Assembly: GCF_001194135.2 (NCBI RefSeq)
Contig: NC_068983.1
Coordinates: forward strand, 45,404,901-45,444,807
Origin: Octopus bimaculoides
Lineage: Eukaryota
Direction: 5' to 3'
Length of the DNA: 39,907 bases
Notes under the pieces: generated by a model
The model's database searches: none
The model's input: only the letters and a program-made list of their open reading frames with translations
Told to the model about the DNA's origin: nothing
Translations under genes and position numbers: made by a program
In this document: piece by piece, positions 12,751-24,472 of the stretch
How positions within the stretch are numbered: position 1 is the stretch's first letter
How the letters are laid out: the number at the start of each line of letters is the position of its first letter

Positions 12751-13398
12751 NNNNNNNNNNNNNNNNNNNNNNNNNNNNNNNNNNNNNNNNNNNNNNNNNN
12801 NNNNNNNNNNNNNNNNNNNNNNNNNNNNNNNNNNNNNNNNNNNNNNNNNNNNNNNNNNNNNNNNNNNNNNNNNNNNNNNNNNNNNNNNNNNNNNNNNNNN
12901 NNNNNNNNNNNNNNNNNNNNNNNNNNNNNNNNNNNNNNNNNNNNNNNNNNNNNNNNNNNNNNNNNNNNNNNNNNNNNNNNNNNNNNNNNNNNNNNNNNNN
13001 NNNNNNNNNNNNNNNNNNNNNNNNNNNNNNNNNNNNNNNNNNNNNNNNNNNNNNNNNNNNNNNNNNNNNNNNNNNNNNNNNNNNNNNNNNNNNNNNNNNN
13101 NNNNNNNNNNNNNNNNNNNNNNNNNNNNNNNNNNNNNNNNNNNNNNNNNNNNNNNNNNNNNNNNNNNNNNNNNNNNNNNNNNNNNNNNNNNNNNNNNNNN
13201 NNNNNNNNNNNNNNNNNNNNNNNNAAATGCTTATGTGCACGAAATCAAACTTACATACGAAACCAAGTACACACACGCGCACACACACACACACACACAC
13301 ACACGCACGCACACACACACGCGCACACACACGCGCACACACACGCACACACACGCAAACCCTCTCGCGCGCCCGTACACACGCACATATACACATAT

Positions 13399-13650
13399 GG
13401 CTAAACCAACGAAGTGGTCGCTAAGTGGCCACTTGACCTGCTAGAAATAGCAACCGAAATCTCTCTCAAATGCCACCATACCAGCTTTAAAAAATGCGTA
13501 AACTAGTGCAAAATTCTATGTTTTGGTTCTGGAGGCACTTTGCATTCTGTCTGGGAAAATGGTACAACTGATACAGCTGGAATGTCTTCGACTACGGGTC
13601 TGCTTAATCAGGACTAATTTGGACTAAACAACATCAACAATAATAGCAAC
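13399..13650 (+). repeat. Dispersed repeat fragment ending in a degenerate (AAC)n tail (probable retroposon 3' end)
   Basis: The motif gacctgctagaaatagcaaccgaaat recurs in diverged form at ~13965-13990, ~14160-14185, ~37325-37350 and ~37595-37618. This copy ends ggactaaacaacatcaacaat. Confidence 0.4.
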
Positions 13651-13796
13651 GACAGACGCATTAAATAGTGCTAAGCAAGGCATAAACGCATACAAAAATA
13701 AACACGCATGCACATAAACATATAAACACTAATCAACGAAAATGATGTAAGCATACGCATATTCACGCACCGTAGTATTACATATACATACGCGTA

Positions 13797-14180
13797 GTCG
13801 TCTAAGTACCTTCTATCGGAGCATGTCATTAAAGTTGTATGTACACACTCAAGTACCAGAAATGCACAAACACATAAGTACACAAGTGCAAAAGTATTGA
13901 AAGTGACATAAGCACTCACAATAACTCACAACTTGACGAGCCAACGAGGAAGCCTCTAAGAGGTCGCTTGGTCTGCTAAAAATAGCCACCAGGTGATCTA
14001 ATCGCCTAAGTACCCTCTACCAGAACATGTCATTACACATTTACATATTGAAATGCACAAATTCATAAGTAGACGAGGGCAGAAGTATTGAAAGTGACAT
14101 AAGCATCCGTGATAACACACAACTTGACGAGTCAAAGGGGAGACCTCTGAACAGTTGTTTGGTCTGCTGAAAATGACACC
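13797..14180. repeat. Diverged tandem duplication, two units of about 190-200 bp
   Basis: Shared blocks ctaagtacc, catgtcatta, gaaatgcacaaa, aagtattgaaagtgacataagca, cacaacttgacgag and ttggtctgct occur in the same order in 13797-13990 and 14002-14180. Confidence 0.8.
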
Positions 14181-14517
14181 CAAATTTCCTTCGAATCACA
14201 TTCTTCCGTCCTAATTCAAAAATTGTCACTTCGGATATTGTAGACCTTCATAGATTTAAAAAAAACTGAAATGCCGTTGCTCATGTTTCGATATGAGAGT
14301 ACAGAGAATCAATAGCAAGCTATAGGTCTACAAATTGTCATAGAAGAAGTTATGCATACAGACAGATCAGTGCAGAAATACACAAGTACACGTGATACAC
14401 ACAGATACACACCAGGATGTATAGGCACGTATATTCATACATTTTAGTTAAAAGGCAAGAGAACACTAAACACAAAGTAAAAGAATACTCCGTCGGTGTC
14501 AAGGGCGAGTAATGATT

Positions 14518-14611
14518 GAATGATTATTCCATATAAATATGTACTGTCAAAATAAGATTATGCTTAGGGCATCAATTGAAGGAGGTATCACAGAGATTGA
14601 GATGTTTCCAG
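14518..14611 (-). mobile_element. Short second copy of the LINE-like 3' segment at 19955-20044
   Basis: About 90 bp are nearly identical to 19955-20044 (gaatgattattccatataaatatgtac..tatgcttagggca.caattgaaggaggtatcacagagattgagatgtttccag). Confidence 0.7.
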
Positions 14612-14744
14612 GGATGGATTTTACCACGGTTGTAAATGGTACTGCTGAACCGAAACCAAAAAATGTTTAATAATTTGAAATGTTTCCTCCTTAGGTATGA
14701 GTAAATACTTTGTTCTTGGGGCGTGCTACTGAGTATTAAATAAT

Positions 14745-15110
14745 AATGATTTCAAAATTTGGCACAAGGCCAGCAATTGTAGGAGTACTCAGCTGGCACT
14801 GGTGTTTTTATCGATCTAGAAGGACGAAAGGCAAAGTCGATCGACGCCAAACAAATGCAAGGGAAAGTTGATCTCAGCAGAATTTGAACTTAGAACATAA
14901 AGAGCCGGAAGAAATACTGCAAAGCACTTTGTCCGGCGTGCTAACGATTGTGCCGACTTACCACTTAGAATGGTTTCAAATTTTGGTAGCATTTGGAGGG
15001 GGGGATAGGGTAAGTCAAGTACCGACCGCAGTGCCCAACTGGTACTTTATTTTATTGCTTCTGAAATGAAAGAAGGCAAAGTTGACCTCGGCGGGATTTG
15101 AACTCAAAAC
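14745..15110 (-). mobile_element. Two tandem copies of a second tRNA-derived SINE family (14745-14964 and 14969-15110)
   Basis: The minus strand shows the head GGCACAATCGTTAGCACGCCGG with B-box-like GTTCAAATTC. Both copies share atg(a/g)tttcaaa..ttttgg and aaggcaaagt(c/t)ga..atttgaact; the second lacks its head. Confidence 0.7.
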
Positions 15111-15274
15111 TCGCTATTCATTGATTTAATGTATAAGTGACTGAGTCGTCCAGAGATACGTCTATGTTTAGCCTGAGATAGTGTAAAACAACGTATAGAA
15201 TTCCTGACCTTTTGAGTTACAGACACAATCCATCGGGCAGGCTTCTCGGAATACTCTGCCGGCGTAATTTTGTT

Positions 15275-15348
15275 CACAAAGCTTGGACAACCCGGGGCTA
15301 TAAAGAAAGACACCGACCCAAAGTGCTACACAATGTGACTGAATCTGG
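15275..15348 (-). mobile_element. Degenerate fragment of the 12440-type SINE
   Basis: cccggggctataaagaaagacaccgacccaaagtgctacacaatgtgactgaatctgg resembles 26154-26210. Confidence 0.5.
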
Positions 15349-15880
15349 TATCTCGAGAGAATGACCTAAAGTCTAAATCATTTGGGCCACTCGGCGTCAA
15401 TTTTACACAAAACACACACACACAAACACACACACAAGCACACACAGAGTATTACATATTCCCATAAACACACACACGCACATTCCCAGAAACAGACGCA
15501 CACACACATACTCACACACACTCAAACACAATGGGGTACTCAGGAGTGTGGTATTCCTTTATATTTCAGCAAACGCAGAAGGTAGGCTTCTAGTGCCTAA
15601 CACCAACATCTTAACCTCAGCCTCTTGAACGTTAGCGTACCCTAGTTCCTAATACTCATTTCCATCACTGCACACAAACACACACACACACACATGCACA
15701 CGCATACACACACACGCGCACATAGAAAGCTCATACACACAGTGATAGAAACAGTAGGTGCGCAGATTAGGATGGCATGTAGTTTCTCCTCTTAACTACC
15801 CAAAGTCAGGCACTTGGACTTTAGCGTACCCTGCTTCCTAACATCCGTTTCCATCAGTGCATGCAGACCTTCAATCAATG

Positions 15881-15937
<57 letters not shown>

Positions 15938-16461
15938 CACAGAAGGATACACACACATACACGAACTCGCAGAAACATACACGCAAATACACCCACTAAA
16001 GAAAAACAAAACAGAAATGAAAATCAAAACAAGATACAAACATACCAAAAAAATGTGTCACATGAACATCCTAGTGAAAAAAAATTTCCTTTTCCCCACT
16101 TTTTACTCCCAACATTTCTACACACCTACATATAATGCCTCTGCATCTCTGTTCTTCACTGCCTTACTCATTCTCTCCTTCTCACACAAGCACATACACG
16201 TGCACAATATCCCATGCGTTACAATTCTGTTTATATATCTCTATGTATAACACAAATCCACTTTACTCCTCCTTCTTTACCCACCTCTCTCTTTCTATAA
16301 GACACATACATACACACAAGCATTTCCTATGTGCAGTAATTCCTTTTTCTATTTTAATACTTCTCGGTGGCCTGTCGAATGGACACAAAAAGAAGTACAC
16401 ACTGACACACCTACACAGTATACATACATAGACACACATACACATACACATATATATACGT

Positions 16462-16493
<32 letters not shown>

Positions 16494-16810
16494 NNNNNNN
16501 NNNNNNNNNNNNNNNNNNNNNNNNNNNNNNNNNNNNNNNNNNNNNNNNNNNNNNNNNNNNNNNNNNNNNNNNNNNNNNNNNNNNNNNNNNNNNNNNNNNN
16601 NNNNNNNNNNNNNNNNNNNNNNNNNNNNNNNNNNNNNNNNNNNNNNNNNNNNNNNNNNNNNNNNNNNNNNNNNNNNNNNNNNNNNNNNNNNTGACGAACG
16701 ACGAATCCAAAACCAAAAAGAAGTCCAAAAAATGTCAAAGAACCGTTTGTAGTGTATATTAGCAGTTTGACACTCAATGAAAGATTAAAAGACAAGATTA
16801 AAAATAAAAA

Positions 16811-16845
16811 TTTGACGTTTCGACCACAGCTCTTCGTCGGACATT
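16811..16845 (-). ncRNA. Degenerate minimal hammerhead-like motif
   Basis: Minus strand reads CCGACGA-A-GAGC UGU GGUC-GAAAC-GUC-AAA. It shares tttgacgtttcga and gctcttc with 36451-36475, but has a U4C change, a mismatch in stem II and a poor stem I. Confidence 0.4.
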
Positions 16846-16940
16846 GAAGGAAAGTAGATTTACATATATCTCAACAGGATCACGTGTGGCATGAGATCTC
16901 CGTCGACAGGCCTCTGTTTTCAAATGAACATACTTAACAC

Positions 16941-17000
16941 ATGCAAATTAGTTGCACTTAGTATGCAAATTAGTTGCTCATAGTATGCAAATTAGTTGCT
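16941..17000. promoter_or_regulatory. Three tandem 22-bp units, each beginning with the octamer ATGCAAAT
   Basis: ATGCAAATTAGTTGC starts at 16941, 16963 and 16985 (exact 22-bp period). The repeat is certain; a regulatory role is inference. Confidence 0.45.
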
Positions 17001-17661
17001 CCAGTTTCTCTGGAATTATAAGATTTGATATGCATATAAATAGATTGGCCACTTAGTTCTCCGGTATTGGTCAAGTAGCGTAGATGCCGCTGATGGAATC
17101 TGAATAAGGCTCGAAAGTCACACACACATATATGTACAGACACACCCATATGGGACGGGAGTTGACGCGTGATGGATTTGAAGGGGCGTCGTGGTGACAT
17201 GTGGCCTATATTCAGCTTTCTAAACCTAGCAGTATCTATTCAAATTCTGGCCTAAGAACAGACGATTTCTTGTTGTGGGAAGAGATACGGAGAGTGACGG
17301 GTGGGGACAAAGCAGAAAAACAGAGAGAGGTGACGTGAGACAATATTTCATGATTGCTCGTCTTTAGTTTGTTTTATTTCCCAATGTATTTTGAATTTAT
17401 TTGCGGCTATCTCGTATTAACTGTAATTAGTGTTCATTTCGTACACACACATATACGCCTTAGTACGCATATCTCACAGAGAAGCATACACACAGACACA
17501 CATATATACACACAAATAACCAGATAGACACACATACAGATATATACGTATACATACGCATGTATGGCACTGCTCAAAAGACTCCTAATAGATGAACTGT
17601 TGACATGTACTTCACTGCAGTCTTGCAAGCGAGCTGGTCCGCAGAGAAGGGACTTCCGGTG

Positions 17662-17927
17662 AGGTAGGAATGGCCCAGTGGTTAGGATAGCGGAGGATCG
17701 CAGTTGCGATTCCCAGACCGGGCGTAGTGTGTGTTTATTGAGCGAAAACACCTAAAGCTCCACGAGGCTCCGGCAGGGGGGTGGTGGCGACCCTTGTTGT
17801 ACTCTTTCGCTCCAACTTTCTCTCACTCTTTCTTCCTGTTTCTTGAGTGACGCTTCGATGGACTGGCGTCCCGTCCAGCTGGGGGGAACACATACGCCAT
17901 AGAAACCGGGAAACCGGGCCCATGAGC
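17662..17927 (+). mobile_element. tRNA-derived SINE of a third family with a V/Meta-domain-like block
   Basis: A-box TGGCCCAGTGG (17671-17681), B-box-like GTTGCGATTCC (17703-17713) and the block GATGGACTGGCGTCCCGTCCAG (17857-17878). Confidence 0.65.
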
Positions 17928-18557
17928 TTTGGAAATGGCGACGTTTATCGTTTTAAATATTATATATATATATACATTTATATGTTAATATATGCAGGCA
18001 CACACAGAAATGTTCCAAGCAACGAAAAACCACATGTAAAACACACACCTAATTATAAGAACTCATTAACACCCAAGCATAAATAGAGATATACACATAC
18101 AGTATTGGTTTGTTTTATAATAAGAAAAAACTGAAGTAGTCATAAACAAATGCTCATTCACAGGGCTACACAAGCCTTTACTCAAACAGAAACTCCTACA
18201 GATAATAGTATCTTAAACTAATACATAGAAACACATAACATCATAGACACAAAGAATAGACAGACAAAAACCAGCATTTATTTCAATGACCTTCCCATAC
18301 TTCAGCACTGTATATATATTGTCGACATGTTATGTCTATGGCGAAGATGAGACAGGAAAATGAGTGGTTAGGAAACTAAATAGAACATGTGCATAAGAAG
18401 TGCTAGTTACTTGCGACAAAAAATTATGTGTCAAATAAATATGGCGGTTATGACGAATAGCGGAAGACATCATGGGCGTATCTATTTATAAATATACGAA
18501 CACACTCATATGCAGATATGCAGGCATACACACACACGCACACACGTATATAGATTG

Positions 18558-18565
<8 letters not shown>

Positions 18566-18595
<30 letters not shown>

Positions 18596-18630
18596 CATAC
18601 ATACTTACATACATACGTGCATACACACAT
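18566..18630. repeat. (TA)n/(TACA)n microsatellite
   Basis: Read directly from the sequence. Confidence 0.9.
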
Positions 18631-18642
18631 ACACATAATATT

Positions 18643-18745
18643 TAGGCATGGCTGTGTGATACGCCACATGGTTTCGGATTCAATGAGCCGCATGGTTCTG
18701 AGTTCAGTCCCACTTCTTGGTACTTCGGGCAAGTGTTTTCTACTC
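18643..18745 (+). mobile_element. Degenerate head of the 12440-type SINE
   Basis: ggcatggctgtgtg..catggttctgagttcagtcccact..ggtacttcgggcaagtgttttctact aligns with 12443-12532. Confidence 0.7.
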
Positions 18746-18788
18746 CCGTCTAGGGCTGTAGTAGAAGACACAAACACCCACCTACATG

Positions 18789-19012
<224 letters not shown>

Positions 19013-19149
19013 CATGAAAAAAAAATATTACAATATTTGAAAGACTCTAGTTTTGATGACTAACTAAAGATATCTCAGAAAAATGCAGGTATTGCAAAGA
19101 TATGATGGATTGTCTTTCTGGTCCTAAAGAAAGGACCATAGGCTTTAAT

Positions 19150-19895
19150 GGGTTAAATGACATGCTGTCTTCTGCCGCTCGTGGCGAGCTTTACGTAGAA
19201 TTTTTACGCATGGAATCCCTTTGTGTTTTCTGCTATTTTCGAGTTATCAGTGTAGACAGTATGAGTAGTTTTCCACGAAAGTGAGAGAACTATTAAAAAC
19301 TGTAATCACCCTAAATATTTCCTGCACATAACTATTGTTACCTTTCAAAGAATGCTGTGGGTCGCAGCGGACTCACCTGTGACTTTCATGAAGACATACC
19401 ACCACTCTCCTAATTTTGCGCATCTGTTGAGATCATGGAAATTGTGGCACATATCATAACCATCTTTGGTGAGGGCTTTCGCATAGTTCTCATTTGAATG
19501 ATTTAACATTCAAATTGCAATGCGGAAGAAAGTGTGTGAGCCAGTTTCCCTCTGGATGAAAACTATGCTATATGTTAGCAAGTTATTCTAATCGATCATG
19601 ATCAGTTTAACCTTGATTATCCGTTCATGCATGACTTAGTTTATAGGTTATTTTAGAAATAGGCTTAATATTTCTTGCATTTGCTGTCCATCCTCAGTTA
19701 TGGATAGATTATATTACGTGCTTTTTCAGTTTTGCGGAGAAATTAACGCATGCAGAGAAGCTTTTACAAAATACGTGAAGCGATTTTGCTTAGGCAATTT
19801 ATATATTTTTAAAGCATTTTTCCAAACCAATACGCCTAGTTGCTATGTCTACAAACAGAGTATATACGTCATTGAAAACGAATTTCCTTTCTTGA
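19150..19895 (-). pseudogene. Decayed hAT (Buster/Charlie-like) transposase remnant
   Basis: Collinear motifs across frameshifts: LHVFCKSFS..AKLKKHVI*SIH (~19775-19705; cf CxxC..SKLKRHLxTxH), TYKLSHA (cf SYxVSxxIA), ISTDAQN (~19435-19413; cf DESTDVxN) and LSWKTTHTVYTDNSKIAENTKGF (~19284-19215; cf LxWxxCxxICTDGAxAMxGxxxGF). Confidence 0.5.
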
Positions 19896-19899
19896 GCTT

Positions 19900-20450
19900 C
19901 GAGTTTTATGCCACAACGATCTGCAGTCGCGAACTGTCTTCTCTTGTTATTCGAGAATGATTATTCCATATAAATATGTACAAAATAAGCTTATGCTTAG
20001 GGCACCAATTGAAGGAGGTATCACAGAGATTGAGATGTTTCCAGTTGGCCTTCCCTATTTTCTTCTTAGTCCTTTCAATGATGTTCCATGACTTGCTCCT
20101 ATAGAGTGGGAAAATTCCCTTCCTATCGTTACATATGATAATTTCAAATTTCCTCATGGCTCCTTTGTATACTCTGATCCTTTCTCTATGGCTGTGTCCT
20201 ATTATTTCCATTGGCTTCTTTCTACTAGTCTTTTATTGAAGCGTAGTCAATGCTGTCATTTTGCTTGCTAATTTATTGATTGTTCTGATGTTCATTGGTC
20301 GTCTGTGTTGTTCATCTGTAAATAGATTTTCAGATCCTCTTTTCTAAAGTAGTTTTGCTGAAACTTTTTTACTATTATATCGTCTTATATTGCTCACTTC
20401 ACAAGACACCCTGTCCCTGTAAGTTGCTCGCTTAATCATATCCCATTTTG
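19900..20450 (-). pseudogene. Decayed R4/Dong-like LINE C-terminus (restriction-like endonuclease region)
   Basis: Frameshifted motifs: TDEQHRRPMNIRTINK (cf TD..HRRPDIVxxDK), EII|DTAI (cf IIDxAxP), ISVIPPSIGAL (cf VIPIVIGAL) and IIILE*QEKTV (cf IxxIQKxV). By-eye only. Confidence 0.45.
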
Positions 20451-21246
20451 CTAAACACTGCCCGTTTTTACCACCATTCTTTATTCACATATCATTCATC
20501 AGTTATTTCTTCCATATACGTTTCTGTATTTGTCATGTGCTTGTCTGCGTTTTACATTGTTCAGATCCGAATTTACTAAAGCTATTGTTAACGTCACAAA
20601 TTGCTACTTAACTTCAATAACTTTATCTCTCTTTGCCTTTCTCTCATTCTCCTTGTACTCACTCACACACGTACAGACACATACATACGCACACACACAC
20701 ACACCTACACACACACACACACACANNNNNNNNNNNNNNNNNNNNNNNNNNNNNNNNNNNNNNNNNNNNNNNNNNNNNNNNNNNNNNNNNNNNNNNNNNN
20801 NNNNNNNNNNNNNNNNNNNNNNNNNNNNNNNNNNNNNNNNNNNNNNNNNNNNNNNNNNNNNNNNNNNNNNNNNNNNNNNNNNNNNNNNNNNNNNNNNNNN
20901 NNNNNNNNNNNNNNNNNNNNNNNNNNNNNNNNNNNNNNNNNNNNNNNNNNNNNNNNNNNNNNNNNNNNNNNNNNNNNNNNNNNNNNNNNNNNNNNNNNNN
21001 NNNNNNNNNNNNNNNNNNNNNNNNNNNNNNNNNNNNNNNNNNNNNNNNNNNNNNNNNNNNNNNNNNNNNNNNNNNNNNNNNNNNNNNNNNNNNNNNNNNN
21101 NNNNNNNNNNNNNNNNNNNNNNNNNNNNNNNNNNNNNNNNNNNNNNNNNNNNNNNNNNNNNNNNNNNNNNNNNNNNNNNNNNNNNNNNNNNNNNNNNNNN
21201 NNNNNNNNNNNNNNNNNNNNNNNNNNNNNNNNNNNNNNNNNNNNNN

Positions 21247-21400
21247 AGGTGGTGTAGGCAACAAACAGATGTATTAGTTTAACGCTCGGGAAGTGAAGAA
21301 GTCTTTAATGTCTTTTAATGTCTCGAGCCTCCACTCTTTCACAGAAAGGAACACAGAAAGAAACACAGAAAGAAACAAGGAGAGAAAATAAAGAATGTGT
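21247..21400 (-). mobile_element. Decayed copy of the hammerhead-bearing repeat at 36359-36540
   Basis: Shares aggtggtgta, tattagt, acgctcgggaa, aagtcttt, tcgagc, ctctt, acagaaag and acaaggaga in order. The ribozyme core is mutated and there is a small internal duplication (tttaatgtc twice). Confidence 0.75.
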
Positions 21401-21976
21401 AATGGCTAGCGATCTAACATGGAAAAAAGCAGAAAGTACAAAAAAAGTTTAGAAAGTATAAAAAAGTTACGAAAAGTTCAAAAGGTTCAAAGATCTTCGA
21501 ACGTCATGGTGTATTGGAGCGATTTTTCATCAACAGAGGAGTCCAGTGTAATCCATGGGCAGGAAAGGTGCAGCTGAAGTGTACGATAGTAGAAAGGCCA
21601 GGTAGAGAAACCGTAAAAGTTCGTTGGCAGATGAAAGGAGACAGGATCAACTGGTGCGATTACGTGAGCGTGTAATATATATATATATATATAGATAACA
21701 TATCGATAGATAAGACATATATATATATATATATATAGATGATATATCGATAGATAAGACATATATATATATATATATACACAGAGGGAGAGAGATAGAC
21801 AGAGAGACACAGAGAGACAGAGAAAAAGATACATAGATAGGTACATACATACATACATACATACATAGGTAGATCGATAGAAAAAAGATAGATAGATAGA
21901 TAGATAGATAGACATAAGTTATTAATGCCAAACGAATGTGTGAAAGAAGTGCACCATAACATGCGTTTATTTTTAT

Positions 21977-22056
21977 TTTTATTAAAACCAAAATTGAGAG
22001 TTTATCTCGCGAAACTCGAATCGTGAGAGAAACTCTCAGGTTTAGTTTTAATAAAA
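21977..22056. repeat. 80-bp near-perfect inverted repeat (36-bp arms, 8-nt spacer)
   Basis: Left arm ttttattaaaaccaaaattgagagtttatctcgcga versus the reverse complement of the right arm, ttttattaaaactaaacctgagagtttctctcacga: 31/36 identical. Spacer aactcgaa. Confidence 0.9.
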
Positions 22057-23113
22057 AGAATACTAAACACAAAGTAACATTTGGATATATGAGTATATAT
22101 AGATATAAGTGAATGTGTGTGTATGTGCGTGTATANNNNNNNNNNNNNNNNNNNNNNNNNNNNNNNNNNNNNNNNNNNNNNNNNNNNNNNNNNNNNNNNN
22201 NNNNNNNNNNNNNNNNNNNNNNNNNNNNNNNNNNNNNNNNNNNNNNNNNNNNNNNNNNNNNNNNNNNNNNNNNNNNNNNNNNNNNNNNNNNNNNNNNNNN
22301 NNNNNNNNNNNNNNNNNNNNNNNNNNNNNNNNNNNNNNNNNNNNNNNNNNNNNNNNNNNNNNNNNNNNNNNNNNNNNNNNNNNNNNNNNNNNNNNNNNNN
22401 NNNNNNNNNNNNNNNNNNNNNNNNNNNNNNNNNNNNNNNNNNNNNNNNNNNNNNNNNNNNNNNNNNNNNNNNNNNNNNNNNNNNNNNNNNNNNNNNNNNN
22501 NNNNNNNNNNNNNNNNNNNNNNNNNNNNNNNNNNNNNNNNNNNNNNNNNNNNNNNNNNNNNNNNNNNNNNNNNNNNNNNNNNNNNNNNNNNNNNNNNNNN
22601 NNNNNNNNNNNNNNNNNNNNNNNNNNNNNNNNNNNNNNNNNNNNNNNNNNNNNNNNNNNNNNNNNNNNNNNNNNNNNNNNNNNNNNNNNNNNNNNNNNNN
22701 NNNNNNNNNNNNNNNNNNNNNNNNNNNNNNNNNNNNNNNNNNNNNNNNNNNNNNNNNNNNNNNNNNNNNNNNNNNNNNNNNNNNNNNNNNNNNNNNNNNN
22801 NNNNNNNNNNNNNNNNNNNNNNNNNNNNNNNNNNNNNNNNNNNNNNNNNNNNNNNNNNNNNNNNNNNNNNNNNNNNNNNNNNNNNNNNNNNNNNNNNNNN
22901 NNNNNNNNNNNNNNNNNNNNNNNNNNNNNNNNNNNNNNNNNNNNNNNNNNNNNNNNNNNNNNNNNNNNNNNNNNNNNNNNNNNNNNNNNNNNNNNNNNNN
23001 NNNNNNNNNNNNNNNNNNNNNNNNNNNNNNNNNNNNNNNNNNNNNNNNNNNNNNNNNNNNNNNNNNNNNNNNNNNNNNNNNNNNNNNNNNNNNNNNNNNN
23101 TATATATATATAT

Positions 23114-23201
23114 AATGATGATTACGATGATGATGAAGAGGAGGAGGAGGAGGAGGAAGAAGAAGAGGAAGGGGAGGAAGAGGAGGAAGAGGAGGAGGAG
23201 G
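23114..23201. repeat. (GAT)n/(GAG)n/(GAA)n trinucleotide tract
   Basis: Read directly; it produces the spurious poly-E and poly-R ORFs. Confidence 0.9.
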
Positions 23202-24362
23202 TTTGAATATATCTAAATTGCCATTCTTCTCCGTGGGTTAATTACTTGGTTAACTCATTTGTTTCATTGGTGCTGGGCTTTATGTAATTCCACAACTAAT
23301 TTCGCCTGTAGCTAAACCCTCAAACATTTAACCTGCTTTTCGTTCGAACCAATTTTCGCCAATTATTTTATTCTGATGGCTGTAACGTGATACAATTTCA
23401 TTTCTTTTGTTGAGCAAAGCATATTTGCTGCATAATCACGTTATATGTTATATTTTTAGACATTTAAGCATACAATCAACAACAGTTATATTTAGTACTC
23501 GTTTAGTTCTTAATAGTACTGCCTATTGTGTAATGTCGAAATTTTATGTCCCACTTCTACGACCTGGTCACCGACAGAATTCCATTCTAGCTACATTGAG
23601 ATGTAATGAAATTGTGTCAGTTACCAGGACACAGAAATACATACATACATACATACATTTGTGTCAATGCATGCACTCATATCAATTGGTATAAAAATAT
23701 ATATGTATGTATATATATATATATATATATATNNNNNNNNNNNNNNNNNNNNNNNNNNNNNNNNNNNNNNNNNNNNNNNNNNNNNNNNNNNNNNNNNNNN
23801 NNNNNNNNNNNNNNNNNNNNNNNNNNNNNNNNNNNNNNNNNNNNNNNNNNNNNNNNNNNNNNNNNNNNNNNNNNNNNNNNNNNNNNNNNNNNNNNNNNNN
23901 NNNNNNNNNNNNNNNNNNNNNNNNNNNNNNNNNNNNNNNNNNNNNNNNNNNNNNNNNNNNNNNNNNNNNNNNNNNNNNNNNNNNNNNNNNNNNNNNNNNN
24001 NNNNNNNNNNNNNNNNNNNNNNNNNNNNNNNNNNNNNNNNNNNNNNNNNNNNNNNNNNNNNNNNNNNNNNNNNNNNNNNNNNNNNNNNNNNNNNNNNNNN
24101 NNNNNNNNNNNNNNNNNNNNNNNNNNNNNNNNNNNNNNNNNNNNNNNNNNNNNNNNNNNNNNNNNNNNNNNNNNNNNNNNNNNNNNNNNNNNNNNNNNNN
24201 NNNNNNNNNNNNNNNNNNNNNNNNNNNNNNNNNNNNNNNNNNNNNNNNNNNNNNNNNNNNNNNNNNNNNNNNNNNNNNNNNNNNATATATATATATATAT
24301 ATATATACGCACAAACATATATGAATATCATATATATATGTATACATATATATATAGATATA

Positions 24363-24391
24363 AATATATATATATTTATATATAGATAGAC

Positions 24392-24472
<81 letters not shown>
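24363..24472. repeat. (TA)n then (GATA)n microsatellite
   Basis: Read directly from the sequence. Confidence 0.95.

Noticed and set aside
21675-21780. Two ~45-bp tandem units (TA)n-gat..atatcgatagataagac
   Set aside because: A simple slippage duplication within a microsatellite.
23114-23216. Acidic poly-E or basic poly-R ORF ends
   Set aside because: A pure trinucleotide microsatellite next to a gap, with no splice signals or complex coding context.
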